Positions 16,089 through 25,078 of a DNA stretch of 64,000 nucleotides are shown one piece after another. Numbering within the stretch: position 1 is the stretch's first letter; each line of letters opens with the position of its first letter. This DNA comes from Candidatus Shapirobacteria bacterium (GTDB taxonomy: Bacteria; Patescibacteriota; Microgenomatia; UBA12405): positions 53,019-117,018 of the forward strand of contig JAGOQF010000001.1 of the NCBI GenBank assembly GCA_017991615.1, given 5' to 3'. Both the position numbers and the translations under genes were made by a program. The notes under the pieces are model-generated. The model saw only the letters and a program-made list of their open reading frames with translations. It was not told the DNA's origin and did no database searches.

Positions 16089-16213
16089 GATTGTATTAAG
16101 GTCATTAAATTTTGAGTGGTTTTTTTGATTTTCAAGTGCGGTAATTTCAGTTTCAATTTCTAGTTTTTTACTATCGTAAGTTTGGTTGTCAATTTGTTGG
16201 TTTAGTAATAAAT
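15882..16213. repeat. Right 333-bp direct repeat
   Basis: Identical to 11259-11591. Confidence 0.85.
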
Positions 16214-16357
16214 AAGGTGAAATGGTTGAGTGTTGGCTCGATGTTCAGTTGAATATTTGGAATAGAGAAAAATAACTTGATCCAGGGCTTTTTTATAAAT
16301 ATTGTTCACTGCTTGGATTATACAATTGTTACTGGATTTTTAATATATAATGTGTTT

Positions 16358-16786
16358 ATGGCAAAAAGGGAAGTTTCGATTGTAATTTTTTATGACACTA
16401 ATGGTAATGTTGCTGTTCAAGAAAGAGGTTTACATTCTAAGATAGGTGAAAAATATGGATATTTTGGAGGGGGTATTGAGCCTAATGAATCACCACAAAT
16501 GGCTATAAGAAGAGAATTAAAAGAGGAGTTGGGATACATACCAGATAGTTTAAAACTATGGACTGAACATAAATTTTATCCGACTGACGGAAAATATAAA
16601 GGTTGGTTAATTAAACTGTATGTATTTTTGTCTCCAATAACGGCAAAATTATTTAAAACGAGAGTAAATGAAGGTAATAAGGTGGTGAAAATGAGTATTG
16701 ATGATGCTATTAATAATGAGGGATTTCATTCTGGGGATATAGAGTTATTACAAAAGTTTAAGTTAAGATTTAGAGATATTACATAA
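16358..16786 (+). CDS. NUDIX hydrolase
   Basis: Canonical Nudix box GGGIEPNESPQMAIRRELKEELG. Start taken at MAKREV, after a TATATAAT -10-like element. The ORF track extends to 16277. Confidence 0.75.
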   Translation: MAKREVSIVIFYDTNGNVAVQERGLHSKIGEKYGYFGGGIEPNESPQMAIRRELKEELGYIPDSLKLWTEHKFYPTDGKYKGWLIKLYVFLSPITAKLFKTRVNEGNKVVKMSIDDAINNEGFHSGDIELLQKFKLRFRDIT

Positions 16787-16855
16787 AGTAAATCTATATT
16801 TTGATTAAATGGAAAAACTTTAATTCGTTATTTCAGGGGATTTTTAGTAAGTTTT

Positions 16856-17734
16856 TTAGGCTTTTACTCCGTGGCGTTCATATATTTCTTTATTATTAGT
16901 GGACAAAGCAGATTCTGAAATTCTCCAAGGTTCGGTTGGCCTAACTCCAGCTTGGTAACATGCTTGCACAAAAACGTGAAGTTTAAGTTTATTGTCGTAT
17001 AAAGGTAATAGTTTGAGTATGGTGTTACCCAGTATCGCCATTCTAGCTGAGTGAGTATAACCATTTAAACCGGCTATGGGTTCTTGGACTAATCCAATAT
17101 GATTTTCAGATATACCAGGGATTGGTCTTTGAAAGGGGTGATTTACACTAGACCAAATTTCGGAAAATTTTTGGTCTTGATATAGATCTTTTAAAATACG
17201 AGCCATAGTTATTGGTTGCCAAGTATATACGTCTGGATTGTCATAAGGATGGTCTTCGTTTTTTGTTAGAAGTGCCACTTTTTTTTCGGTACATCTTTTG
17301 GCAAATTCTAAAAAAAACAAATTTATTTTCTTTCTTTGTTCTGTCGTTTTGTTTTCCATTGATAAGTAGAATTTCCACCGATCATTTGGATAATTAGTTA
17401 TTAGGTGATTAATATCAACATTAGTATTCCATGGTTTTGAAAATCCATTAAGGAGGTGAATTGTTTCTGGATATCCAGTTGGAGGAATTAAATCAACTGG
17501 AAAAATTTGTTTATCTGGTTGTAAATTTCCACTAAGTGCAAAAGAAAGGTCGCGTCTTTCTTTTCTAGCTTTTTTAGTTAATTCGATAATTTGTGGTAAA
17601 TGTCTTTTTTCTATTATTGATGTGTCTTCAATGCAGGGAACTAATTCAGGTTGGGTTTTGTTTAAAATGATATGGGATTTGTTTTCTGAATTTATAAAAT
17701 CTCTTTTAATTTCGTTCATAAAAGATTTTATCAT
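16856..17734 (-). CDS. Hypothetical protein (292 aa)
   Basis: Long ORF, no recognised motifs. Confidence 0.4.
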   Translation of the reverse strand: MIKSFMNEIKRDFINSENKSHIILNKTQPELVPCIEDTSIIEKRHLPQIIELTKKARKERRDLSFALSGNLQPDKQIFPVDLIPPTGYPETIHLLNGFSKPWNTNVDINHLITNYPNDRWKFYLSMENKTTEQRKKINLFFLEFAKRCTEKKVALLTKNEDHPYDNPDVYTWQPITMARILKDLYQDQKFSEIWSSVNHPFQRPIPGISENHIGLVQEPIAGLNGYTHSARMAILGNTILKLLPLYDNKLKLHVFVQACYQAGVRPTEPWRISESALSTNNKEIYERHGVKA

Positions 17735-17768
17735 GTGGGTGATTGTTAAATGGTAGTTTGTTATTTTG

Positions 17769-17798
17769 TTGACAAAATCGATAAATAATGATATTATA
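17769..17798 (+). promoter_or_regulatory. Sigma70-like promoter (TTGACA-18-TATTAT) upstream of 17912
   Basis: Consensus -35 and near-consensus -10 read from the sequence. ~110-nt leader. Confidence 0.4.
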
Positions 17799-17911
17799 GG
17801 ATAATAATATAGTGGTTTTAGCTATATTAAAGAAAATAATGGCGTTTGGACGAAGCGTTCAAAAGAGCCTTTGTATAAAGCCCTTTTAAATCAAAAAAAA
17901 GGAGAAATGAT

Positions 17912-18133
17912 ATGAGTGGTTTTTTGGTCATAGTAGTGATTGGTCTTTTGTGGGTGATTGTTTTTTCGATTATGGAATATAGACAGGAGAAGAACGATAA
18001 AAATGTTTACATTCCAAGAGATTATGATAGAAAGATGGAAGAATGGAAGGAGATGTTATATAGGTCAAGGTGTGAATGTCATAGACCTATAATTCTTAGG
18101 AGAAGGAGGGATAATAGATGGGTTTGGCGTTAA
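17912..18133 (+). CDS. Small membrane protein, hypothetical
   Basis: N-terminal TM helix. Downstream of the promoter. Confidence 0.3.
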   Translation: MSGFLVIVVIGLLWVIVFSIMEYRQEKNDKNVYIPRDYDRKMEEWKEMLYRSRCECHRPIILRRRRDNRWVWR

Positions 18134-18495
18134 ATTATTGCCAACAGAGACTTATTTCTTGTTTGGTATGGATAATTTTGATTGGTTCAGTGGTAGTTGT
18201 TTTGATTGCGATAATTTGGTTGATTATAAAAAGATTAAGGATTTTATCTGACTTGGAAAGAGATTTGAATAAAAGATTGGTTATTGTTAAATCTGGTCAG
18301 TGTTTGAGTGTACAGGATGCGATTATTTTAGAGAAAGACCTAAATTCTTTACTTAATCTTTTTGAAGAGAGTTATAAAATTGACAAAAACCCAAAATTAA
18401 AAGATCGATTTTTGAATTGGAATAATATTCATCTCAATTTACAAAAATATCTCAGAAAGGAGATAAATTTTTCAGAATTAAAGTGTTTGATTTAA
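18118..18495 (+). CDS. Hypothetical membrane-anchored protein
   Basis: TM helix, then coiled/basic region. Confidence 0.3.
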   Translation: MGLALNYCQQRLISCLVWIILIGSVVVVLIAIIWLIIKRLRILSDLERDLNKRLVIVKSGQCLSVQDAIILEKDLNSLLNLFEESYKIDKNPKLKDRFLNWNNIHLNLQKYLRKEINFSELKCLI

Positions 18496-18568
18496 AAGGT
18501 TGGCGGTTGGCGCTACTAATGATATATTTATATCTTAGTTACGTTAGCCGCCTTCTTTTTGGAAAAAT

Positions 18569-19180
18569 TTATTCCAAAATGCCGTCAAGATTGACGTCAT
18601 AGATGATTTCTTCGGCAACCAGACGATAATTGAGGATTTCTTTTTTGTCAAACCAAATGGGAATTTCTTTGGCGGCTTCTTCAACAGAGCCAGAGGCGTG
18701 AATAATATTTCTGACGGCTCTGGCGTCAGCATCAGCAGAGGTGTAAGAATCGATAGTATAATCGCCGCGAATGGTGCCGGGAGCAGAAGTGAGAGGTTCA
18801 GTGGAACCGGTTATTTTGCGAACAACAGCTACAGCTCCCATCCCTTGCCAAATCATAGCAACTACTGGTCCACTACTCATAAAATCCATAAGTTTGCGAC
18901 GAATACCTTCAGCAAACTCAACTGGGTCTTTTCCAGGGAGGGGTAATCCTTTGGCTTTGTATGATTCAAAAGTTTTAGTGCCGCTTTTGATAGCCCAATC
19001 TGGATCGATAGAATAATGATCGAGGGTTAATTTTTTGGTAGGGATAAGCATTTTAAGGCCGACTAGTTTGAGACCGCATTGTTCGTAGCGGTGGATAACA
19101 TCCCCTATCAGGCCGCGTTGGACACCGTCAGGTTTAACAATAACTAAAGTTTGTTCTTGTTTGTTGTCAAAGTTTTTCAT
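18569..19180 (-). CDS. ndk: Nucleoside diphosphate kinase with an internal insertion and C-terminal extension
   Basis: VIVKPDGVQRGLIGDVI, SGPVVAMIWQG, Kpn-loop region with NIIHASGS (active-site His). Confidence 0.8.
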   Translation of the reverse strand: MKNFDNKQEQTLVIVKPDGVQRGLIGDVIHRYEQCGLKLVGLKMLIPTKKLTLDHYSIDPDWAIKSGTKTFESYKAKGLPLPGKDPVEFAEGIRRKLMDFMSSGPVVAMIWQGMGAVAVVRKITGSTEPLTSAPGTIRGDYTIDSYTSADADARAVRNIIHASGSVEEAAKEIPIWFDKKEILNYRLVAEEIIYDVNLDGILE

Positions 19181-19220
19181 ATTAGGGTATTTTCTATAAT
19201 ATTTGGTTAATAATCAAGTA

Positions 19221-19260
19221 ATAGATAGGTATTGAATATATTGATATTTATCTATATAAT
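19221..19260 (+). promoter_or_regulatory. Inverted repeat atagata-N21-tatctat overlapping a TATAAT -10 box upstream of the arsR-family gene. Candidate autoregulatory operator.
   Basis: Palindrome ends 7 nt before the ATG at 19267. Confidence 0.35.
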
Positions 19261-19266
19261 GTAGGT

Positions 19267-19572
19267 ATGGATAAAATATTTAAGGCATTGGCAGATAAAA
19301 ATAGACGAAAAATACTAACCTTATTAAAAGATAGAGAGATGTCGGTGAATGAATTATTGACTAGTTTTGAGATTAGGCAAGCGACATTATCAAATCATTT
19401 GTCTATTTTGAGAAAATCAGGATTAGTTTATTTTAAAGTAGTGGGAAAACAAAGAATTTATAGGATAAATTATGATCTGTTGGATGCATTTGCGGAGAAT
19501 ATGCGTAGATTTGTTGGAAGGTTGGACAAATCATTTATGGATGATATTGCAATTCGTTCCAAAATGGTGTAA
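19267..19572 (+). CDS. ArsR/SmtB-family transcriptional regulator
   Basis: LADKNRRKILTLL...SVNELLTSFEIRQATLSNHLSILRKSGLV matches the winged HTH. Confidence 0.8.
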   Translation: MDKIFKALADKNRRKILTLLKDREMSVNELLTSFEIRQATLSNHLSILRKSGLVYFKVVGKQRIYRINYDLLDAFAENMRRFVGRLDKSFMDDIAIRSKMV

Positions 19573-19611
19573 ATTAGGTTTAATTTATAATTAATTATTA
19601 TACTAGTTTTT

Positions 19612-20163
19612 ATGAAATTTTCTGATATCCGAAAAAAATATTTTAAGTCAACTGAGGAAATTGTGAGTATGTTTTTGGGTTTGATAATTGTGGTGGTGGT
19701 TGGAGGATTAATTTTTAGTTATTTTCAAAAAAATAAAGGGAATATTAATATTCCGGGGTCAAGTGATATTAGTTTAAGTGATAAAAGTGACGGTGATAGA
19801 TCTGATTTTTATGAGGTGGAATTGGGAGATAGTTTGTGGAAAATAGCCGAAAAAAAATATAATAACGGTTATGCTTGGACAGAAATTGCTAAAGCTAATA
19901 ATATAAAAAATCCATCAGTGATTGAGGTGGGGCAGAAGATTGTTTTGCCAGAAGTGGAGGTGACTGAGAAAATTGAGGTAGATAAAATTTTGGTGGGTAG
20001 TGAATATAAAGTGGTTAGAGGAGATAGTTTGTGGAAAATAGCGGTGAGGGCTTATGGTGATGGTTATCAGTGGGTAAAAATTTGGGAAGAGAATAAATCA
20101 AAGATTTATAATCCCAATGGTTTGGAAATTGGGATGATGATCAGTATTCCTCAGATAAACTAA
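19612..20163 (+). CDS. Membrane-anchored protein with two LysM domains
   Basis: Two copies of Y.V..GDSLWKIA...Y.....W..I...N.I.NP..I..G..I.IP. Confidence 0.75.
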   Translation: MKFSDIRKKYFKSTEEIVSMFLGLIIVVVVGGLIFSYFQKNKGNINIPGSSDISLSDKSDGDRSDFYEVELGDSLWKIAEKKYNNGYAWTEIAKANNIKNPSVIEVGQKIVLPEVEVTEKIEVDKILVGSEYKVVRGDSLWKIAVRAYGDGYQWVKIWEENKSKIYNPNGLEIGMMISIPQIN

Positions 20164-20187
20164 GCTGCGTGTTAAAATGTTTTGAGT

Positions 20188-20258
20188 GCGGCTATAGTTT
20201 AATGGTAAAATGTGTCCTTCCCAAGGATATGTTGAGGGTTCGATTCCCTCTAGCCGCT
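20188..20258 (+). tRNA. tRNA-Gly (anticodon CCC)
   Basis: Cloverleaf: acceptor gcggcta/tagccgc, anticodon loop ttCCCaa, T-arm gaggg-ttcgatt-ccctc. Confidence 0.8.
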
Positions 20259-20262
20259 CAAG

Positions 20263-20335
20263 GCCGAAGTAGCTCAGTTGGTAGAGCATGGCTTTCGTAA
20301 AGCTAGGGTCGGGAGTTCGACTCTCCCCTTCGGCT
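20263..20335 (+). tRNA. tRNA-Thr (anticodon CGT)
   Basis: Cloverleaf: acceptor gccgaag/cttcggc, anticodon stem tggct/agcta with loop ttCGTaa, T-arm gggag-ttcgact-ctccc. Confidence 0.8.
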
Positions 20336-20356
20336 CTGATAAAATAGGATACAGTT

Positions 20357-21076
20357 ATGGCAGAGTTTAAACGCTCTAGACTTGAAAGACAGGCTGAAGA
20401 GCAGATAACAAAAAAGACAGTGGTTTTGGGTTTGTTGACGGTAATTTTGGTGATTGTATTATTGGTATTTGGTTTGCCACTTTTGATTAAGTTTTCGATT
20501 TTGTTGGGTGAGGGTAAGGTTAAAAAATCAGTTGAAGTGGAAGAAAAAGTTTTGCCGCCGTTGGCGCCAAGATTAGTGTTACCCTATGAAGCAACTAACA
20601 GTGCGACTATAAAAATAACTGGGTTTGCTGAGTCTAAAGTAACGGTGGAACTGATGAAAAATCAAGTATCAATAGGGACAACTGAGGTGACGGAAAATGG
20701 TGATTTTGAATTTGATAAGATTCCTTTGGATGAAGGTAAAAATGAGTTTACGGCGGTGGCTAGTACAGAAAAATCTGGTAGTGGTGATGATTCAAAAACT
20801 ATAACTGTTGTTTATGACAATGAGCCACCGGAGTTGTTGTTGACTAATCCGAGTGAGGAAAGTTTGAATATAGATTATGCCGATTTTGATATTGTAGGAA
20901 AGACAGAACCGGGGTGCAGTGTGTCGATAAATAATCGGATTACAACCGTTGATAGTGAAGGAAATTTTAAGTTGAAGTGGCAGTTGAATATGGGTAAAAA
21001 CGATTTGGAAATTACATCAACTGATTTAGCCGGCAATTCAACCAAGAAAAAAATTTCGATTACCTACAGCCTTTAA
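20357..21076 (+). CDS. Membrane-anchored surface protein with Ig-like beta-rich repeats
   Basis: N-terminal TM helix, Thr/Ser/Glu-rich repeated beta-strand segments. Confidence 0.4.
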   Translation: MAEFKRSRLERQAEEQITKKTVVLGLLTVILVIVLLVFGLPLLIKFSILLGEGKVKKSVEVEEKVLPPLAPRLVLPYEATNSATIKITGFAESKVTVELMKNQVSIGTTEVTENGDFEFDKIPLDEGKNEFTAVASTEKSGSGDDSKTITVVYDNEPPELLLTNPSEESLNIDYADFDIVGKTEPGCSVSINNRITTVDSEGNFKLKWQLNMGKNDLEITSTDLAGNSTKKKISITYSL

Positions 21077-22149
21077 AAAAGAATTAGAGATAATAGTATC
21101 CAAGGGTATAGTAGAGAATTGGCAAAAAGGGAATGTAATAAGATTGTCCAAATAAAAGTTTGTTTTAGTAGGTTTGATTGGATATAAAGTTGTTTTAGAC
21201 CGAGGATAAATAAAGTGGTACCGATTAGTCCAGTAGTAACCAATAGAGTTAAAATACTACCGTCGAAGCCGGAATTGGCGTGGGAAATGGGGTTTTTATT
21301 ATTTCTAACAAAAGGAATGTGGTTGTAACCAAAACCGATCAGAGGTGATTTGATAAACAGATTGATGCCTTCATGATAGTTTTCAATTTTGGCAATAATA
21401 GAGGAAGTTCTTTCCAGTTTAGTCCCCTCTCCTGGGCGTCGAGGAAGTAAAAAGAGACTAAGAGTGATAATCAAAAGACTAAATAAAAATATTTTTGGTT
21501 TTTTTGTTTTGTGGGAAATGAAGGCAAAAGCTAATAAAAAGCAAAGGTAGGTGGCTCGACTGTAAGTGAGAATCATGGCCAGATAAGAAATTGTTAGTAT
21601 AGGTAAGCGATAAGGGAAATTTTGATTAAGAAAGACGGTGATGATAAAGAAAAGATAAATTAGGCCGGTAAAAGTGGGGTCAAAAAAAGTACTGACTAAA
21701 CGGTATAAATGAGGATCCCATTGGTAAACATCAAAGTAGGTGAAATCTGGCCAAAAGAGATATTGAATGAGCCCAAAGATAATATTGGCAAAAAGCGCTA
21801 AGTAAAAGAAATTTTTAGTTTTTTTATTAATTTGTGGGGGAAAAATAATTAGAGATAGAATAGAGGTTAATCTGACTAGATAAAAAGTTGGTCGAAGAGA
21901 GTTTATGTTGTACTTAATAGTGGTAATTCCAAGAGTGGTCCAGGCAAAAATTAAAAAATAAGTAAAAAATTTATTGTTATTTTTTAGTTTTTTACTGGTA
22001 AGATGGTTAATAAAATTAATCAAACTTAAAAATACAATAGCAATGTCGATTAAGGGAAATTGAAGGTTGAATAAATTTAGTCTAGCTATCTGACCGATAA
22101 AAAAAGCAAAAATAGTTAGGCCTAGGACTGTTGTTTGAATAAATGCCAT
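21073..22149 (-). CDS. O-antigen ligase / Wzy-like polytopic membrane protein
   Basis: Roughly ten TM segments, with a loop segment ISYLAMILTYSRATYLCFLL typical of Wzy_C. Confidence 0.5.
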   Translation of the reverse strand: MAFIQTTVLGLTIFAFFIGQIARLNLFNLQFPLIDIAIVFLSLINFINHLTSKKLKNNNKFFTYFLIFAWTTLGITTIKYNINSLRPTFYLVRLTSILSLIIFPPQINKKTKNFFYLALFANIIFGLIQYLFWPDFTYFDVYQWDPHLYRLVSTFFDPTFTGLIYLFFIITVFLNQNFPYRLPILTISYLAMILTYSRATYLCFLLAFAFISHKTKKPKIFLFSLLIITLSLFLLPRRPGEGTKLERTSSIIAKIENYHEGINLFIKSPLIGFGYNHIPFVRNNKNPISHANSGFDGSILTLLVTTGLIGTTLFILGLKQLYIQSNLLKQTFIWTILLHSLFANSLLYPWILLSLILF

Positions 22150-22907
22150 AGTTTAGCCTTGTTAAGGAAGACATGAAAGCTCATACATAAAGACATAATA
22201 ATTCCTGGGGTGCCGTCAAGAAAGCCTAATCTGAAAAAGTAATTTTGAAAAAATTTACCAATAGGATAAAAAATTATTTGAAACATATTAGTTTTTATAC
22301 CTTGATCGAACAATTCTTTAGCTCGAATATCGGTATAAAAGTTTATTTTTTGGATTAAAGATTTAACTGTCGGGTGAGAATAATGATAGATGATTAAATT
22401 GGTATTTTTGGTAATTTTTTTGGTTTTCCAAATTTCATGAACTCGACCAAAAAAAGAGCCGTAGTTTTTACTAAATAATCGAGTAAAATTTAATGAAGCG
22501 TTTTCGCCGTGTTTAAGAGTGTGGTTTAAAAAAATATCTTGACGTTTGAAGGAATAAGCTTTATATTTGTTTTTATCGAAATGATTGAAGAATCGGATTA
22601 ATTTTTGGCTTGGTTTTTCGTCGGCGTCTAACCAGAGAATCCAATTGTTGGTAGTTTTAGAAATGGCAAAGTTTCGTTGAGAGGCGAAATTCTGATCTAA
22701 CTTTCTAGAAAAAACCTTGACTTTTCTATATTTTGAAGCGAGTTTTTTTGCTATAGCGGTGGTTTGATCGGTAGAATAGTCGTCAACAACAATTATTTCA
22801 TTGACGGCGTGACATTTCTTAAGCCAGTCAAAGTTTTTTTTGATATTTTCTGCTTCGTTTTTAACTATGAGGATAAGGGAAATATTAGTAGTTTTATTTT
22901 GGATCAT
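22122..22907 (-). CDS. Family 2 glycosyltransferase
   Basis: LILIVKNEAENI...IIVVDDYSTD...WLDADE (DxD-like). Confidence 0.75.
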   Translation of the reverse strand: MIQNKTTNISLILIVKNEAENIKKNFDWLKKCHAVNEIIVVDDYSTDQTTAIAKKLASKYRKVKVFSRKLDQNFASQRNFAISKTTNNWILWLDADEKPSQKLIRFFNHFDKNKYKAYSFKRQDIFLNHTLKHGENASLNFTRLFSKNYGSFFGRVHEIWKTKKITKNTNLIIYHYSHPTVKSLIQKINFYTDIRAKELFDQGIKTNMFQIIFYPIGKFFQNYFFRLGFLDGTPGIIMSLCMSFHVFLNKAKLWHLFKQQS

Positions 22908-23140
22908 GGTTTATGTGTTGACAAATTTTAAGTATAGTTTCTTCAAAGTTGAATATTAATAAGAATATTATACTTTGAATTATATTTATTTTTTTTTTGA
23001 TATTTTTTTATTAAAAGATTTAGATAATAATCATCTTTTTGAGATATTTATTAATTAATTTAAGAGATTTTGGAAAGTATTTATAATTACTATCGTTGTT
23101 AATAAATTACTCTTTGACATGCTAGTGGTGCGTTAATTTG

Positions 23141-23214
23141 TGGTTGTTAGAGGATTCGGACCTCTGACCTCTTCGATGTGAACGAAGCGCTCTAACCAGC
23201 TGAGCTAAACAACC
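23141..23214 (-). tRNA. tRNA-Val (anticodon CAC)
   Basis: Reverse complement GGTTGTTTAGCTCAGCTGGTTAGAGCGCTTCGTTCACATCGAAGAGGTCAGAGGTCCGAATCCTCTAACAACCA folds with a perfect acceptor stem. Confidence 0.75.
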
Positions 23215-23300
23215 GAATATGCTTATTATAACTTATGATGGGTAAAACTTGTAAAAAAATAAACAGAATCTATCTTTTTTTTGGGGAATAAGTTAGAATT

Positions 23301-23897
23301 TTGAGTATGAAAAGTAAATATTTGAGTCAAGGTGGTTTTAGTTTTGGTAATTTTCTGTTGGAGTTTATTCAGTCAATTGTGTTGGCTTTGTCGGTGTTTG
23401 TACTTCTATATTTGTTTGTAGCCCAACCAAACGAAGTTAAAGGAACATCAATGTTTCCAAATTTTAAGGATAAAGAATATTTACTGACGGAAAAAATATC
23501 TTATCAAGTGGGTCAGCCAGAACGGGGTGATGTAGTTATTTTTAAGGCACCTCCGTCTGAGCCATGTGCTGCAGATGAGTGTGAATATATTAAGAGAGTT
23601 ATTGGAGTTCCAGGAGATAAAGTGATGGTATCTAAGGGTGATGTTTATGTAAACGGACAAAAGTTGGTCCAGGATTTTTTGCCAGAGATGGTATATACCT
23701 CACCAGGTGATTATATGAAGGAGGGGGTAGAGCGAGTAGTTCCAGATGGACAATATTTATGTTTTGGTGATAATCGACCTAATTCTAGGGATAGTCGTGA
23801 GTTTGGACCGATTGATAGGAGCTTGATTATAGGTAAAGCGTTTATGAAATATTGGCCAATTAGTGCTATCGAGATGGTTCCTAAGGTTAGGTTTTAG
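23301..23897 (+). CDS. lepB: Signal peptidase I (S26)
   Basis: GTSMFPNF (catalytic Ser), RGDVVIF, KRVIGVPGD (Lys box), GDNRPNSRDSR. Confidence 0.85.
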   Translation: MSMKSKYLSQGGFSFGNFLLEFIQSIVLALSVFVLLYLFVAQPNEVKGTSMFPNFKDKEYLLTEKISYQVGQPERGDVVIFKAPPSEPCAADECEYIKRVIGVPGDKVMVSKGDVYVNGQKLVQDFLPEMVYTSPGDYMKEGVERVVPDGQYLCFGDNRPNSRDSREFGPIDRSLIIGKAFMKYWPISAIEMVPKVRF

Positions 23898-24738
23898 TTT
23901 TAGGATCAGTAAGATCTTTTTGACAGATTTGTTTGTATAAATCTTTGAGATTGTTAAATCTTTGATCGACAGTGCCTTTGAATTGGAAAGTTACTTGGGT
24001 AGCAACGTTGGTTTGGGTGATTTTGACATGGGTAGTGGTATCGTTGAAAAAACTTTTCATATCAAGACTGATATTGTCTAGTCGAGATTTGAGGAACTGA
24101 GGAATATTTTCTTTAGTAATAGGTACAGAACCTTCTTCAATTTTTTTCTTCATCCTTCTGGCAATATCTTCGGTTCGTCTAACAGAAGCTTTTTCTTTGA
24201 GGACAATTTTGTAGGCTTCAATCATTAACCGAGTATCACCAATACTAGATAAGGCTCGAGCATGACCTTCACTAATAAGTTCAGACAAAAGACCATCTTT
24301 AATAGCATCTGGTAGGGTTAGAAGTTTAAGACAATTGATGACATAAGGGACGCTTTTGCTGACTTTTTTGGCAATTTGGTGATTATCAAAATTAAATTCG
24401 TCTTTGAGTCTAAGGAAGGCTTTAGCTCTTTCGATAGGATTTAGATCTTTTCTTTGAACATTTTCAACAATGGCCATCTCTAACATTTGTTGAGGATTGG
24501 TTTGTTTGATGATGGCTGGGACGTATTCGAGTTTAAGAATTCTAGCAGCCCGCCAGCGGCGTTCGCCAGCAATAATTTGATAACCGGCGGGAGTTTTAGC
24601 AATGATTAGTGGTTCTAAAATACCATGTTCTTTGATAGATTCGACCAATTCGGAAATTGATTCTGGAGAGATAATACCGCGGGGTTGAAGTGGATTAGGT
24701 TCAAGTTGATTAGTAGGTATTTGAGTGATTTGTTTCAT
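23887..24738 (-). CDS. parB: ParB/Spo0J-like partition / nucleoid-binding protein (no adjacent parA)
   Basis: ParB box GERRWRAARIL, N-terminal LEPNPLQPR. Confidence 0.8.
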   Translation of the reverse strand: MKQITQIPTNQLEPNPLQPRGIISPESISELVESIKEHGILEPLIIAKTPAGYQIIAGERRWRAARILKLEYVPAIIKQTNPQQMLEMAIVENVQRKDLNPIERAKAFLRLKDEFNFDNHQIAKKVSKSVPYVINCLKLLTLPDAIKDGLLSELISEGHARALSSIGDTRLMIEAYKIVLKEKASVRRTEDIARRMKKKIEEGSVPITKENIPQFLKSRLDNISLDMKSFFNDTTTHVKITQTNVATQVTFQFKGTVDQRFNNLKDLYKQICQKDLTDPKTKT

Positions 24739-24806
24739 AGATAAAGGTTACTATGAAAACATCCGTGAAAAAAGAGTGATAAACTGTGTCAAAAGAAATC
24801 AATCAG

Positions 24807-25058
24807 TTATTTTTTAGTGACTGAAACAAACCTTTTACCCATTCTTTTGAAAAATTTTACCAGACCAGGTTTGATGGCATAGATAGTGTAATCTTTGCCA
24901 AGTTTAGTGCCTTTACCGGCGTGAAAGCTAGAACCAACTTGTCTAACAATAATTTGGCCAACTTCAGCTCTTTGACCACCGAATTTTTTGACACCGCGTC
25001 TTTGACCAGGGCGATTAGATTTTTGATTGGTTTTACCTTGTGATTTTGTATGTGCCAT
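24807..25058 (-). CDS. rpmA: 50S ribosomal protein L27
   Basis: MAHTKSQGKTNQ...RPGQRRGVKKFGGQ consensus. Confidence 0.9.
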   Translation of the reverse strand: MAHTKSQGKTNQKSNRPGQRRGVKKFGGQRAEVGQIIVRQVGSSFHAGKGTKLGKDYTIYAIKPGLVKFFKRMGKRFVSVTKK

Positions 25059-25078
25059 AAATTATCGTAGATCGTGGA

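Larger units (their letters stand above)
11259..16213. mobile_element. Integrated element (~4.95 kb) at the 3' end of tRNA-Asp, bounded by perfect 333-bp direct repeats. Encodes serine recombinase, RCR Rep, a small coupled ORF, a hypothetical protein, an XRE regulator and a SAM-methyltransferase.
   Basis: Direct repeats 11259-11591 and 15882-16213, starting at the tRNA 3' end (ccgcca). Recombinase and HUH Rep genes lie inside. Confidence 0.7.

Noticed and set aside
20098-20289. 63-aa minus-strand ORF
   Set aside because: It overlaps tRNA-Gly and tRNA-Thr completely, so it is spurious.
22908-23140. Long AT-rich intergenic region searched for a small RNA or CRISPR leader
   Set aside because: It contains only homopolymer runs and promoter-like hexamers. 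No repeats or conserved structure could be seen by eye.
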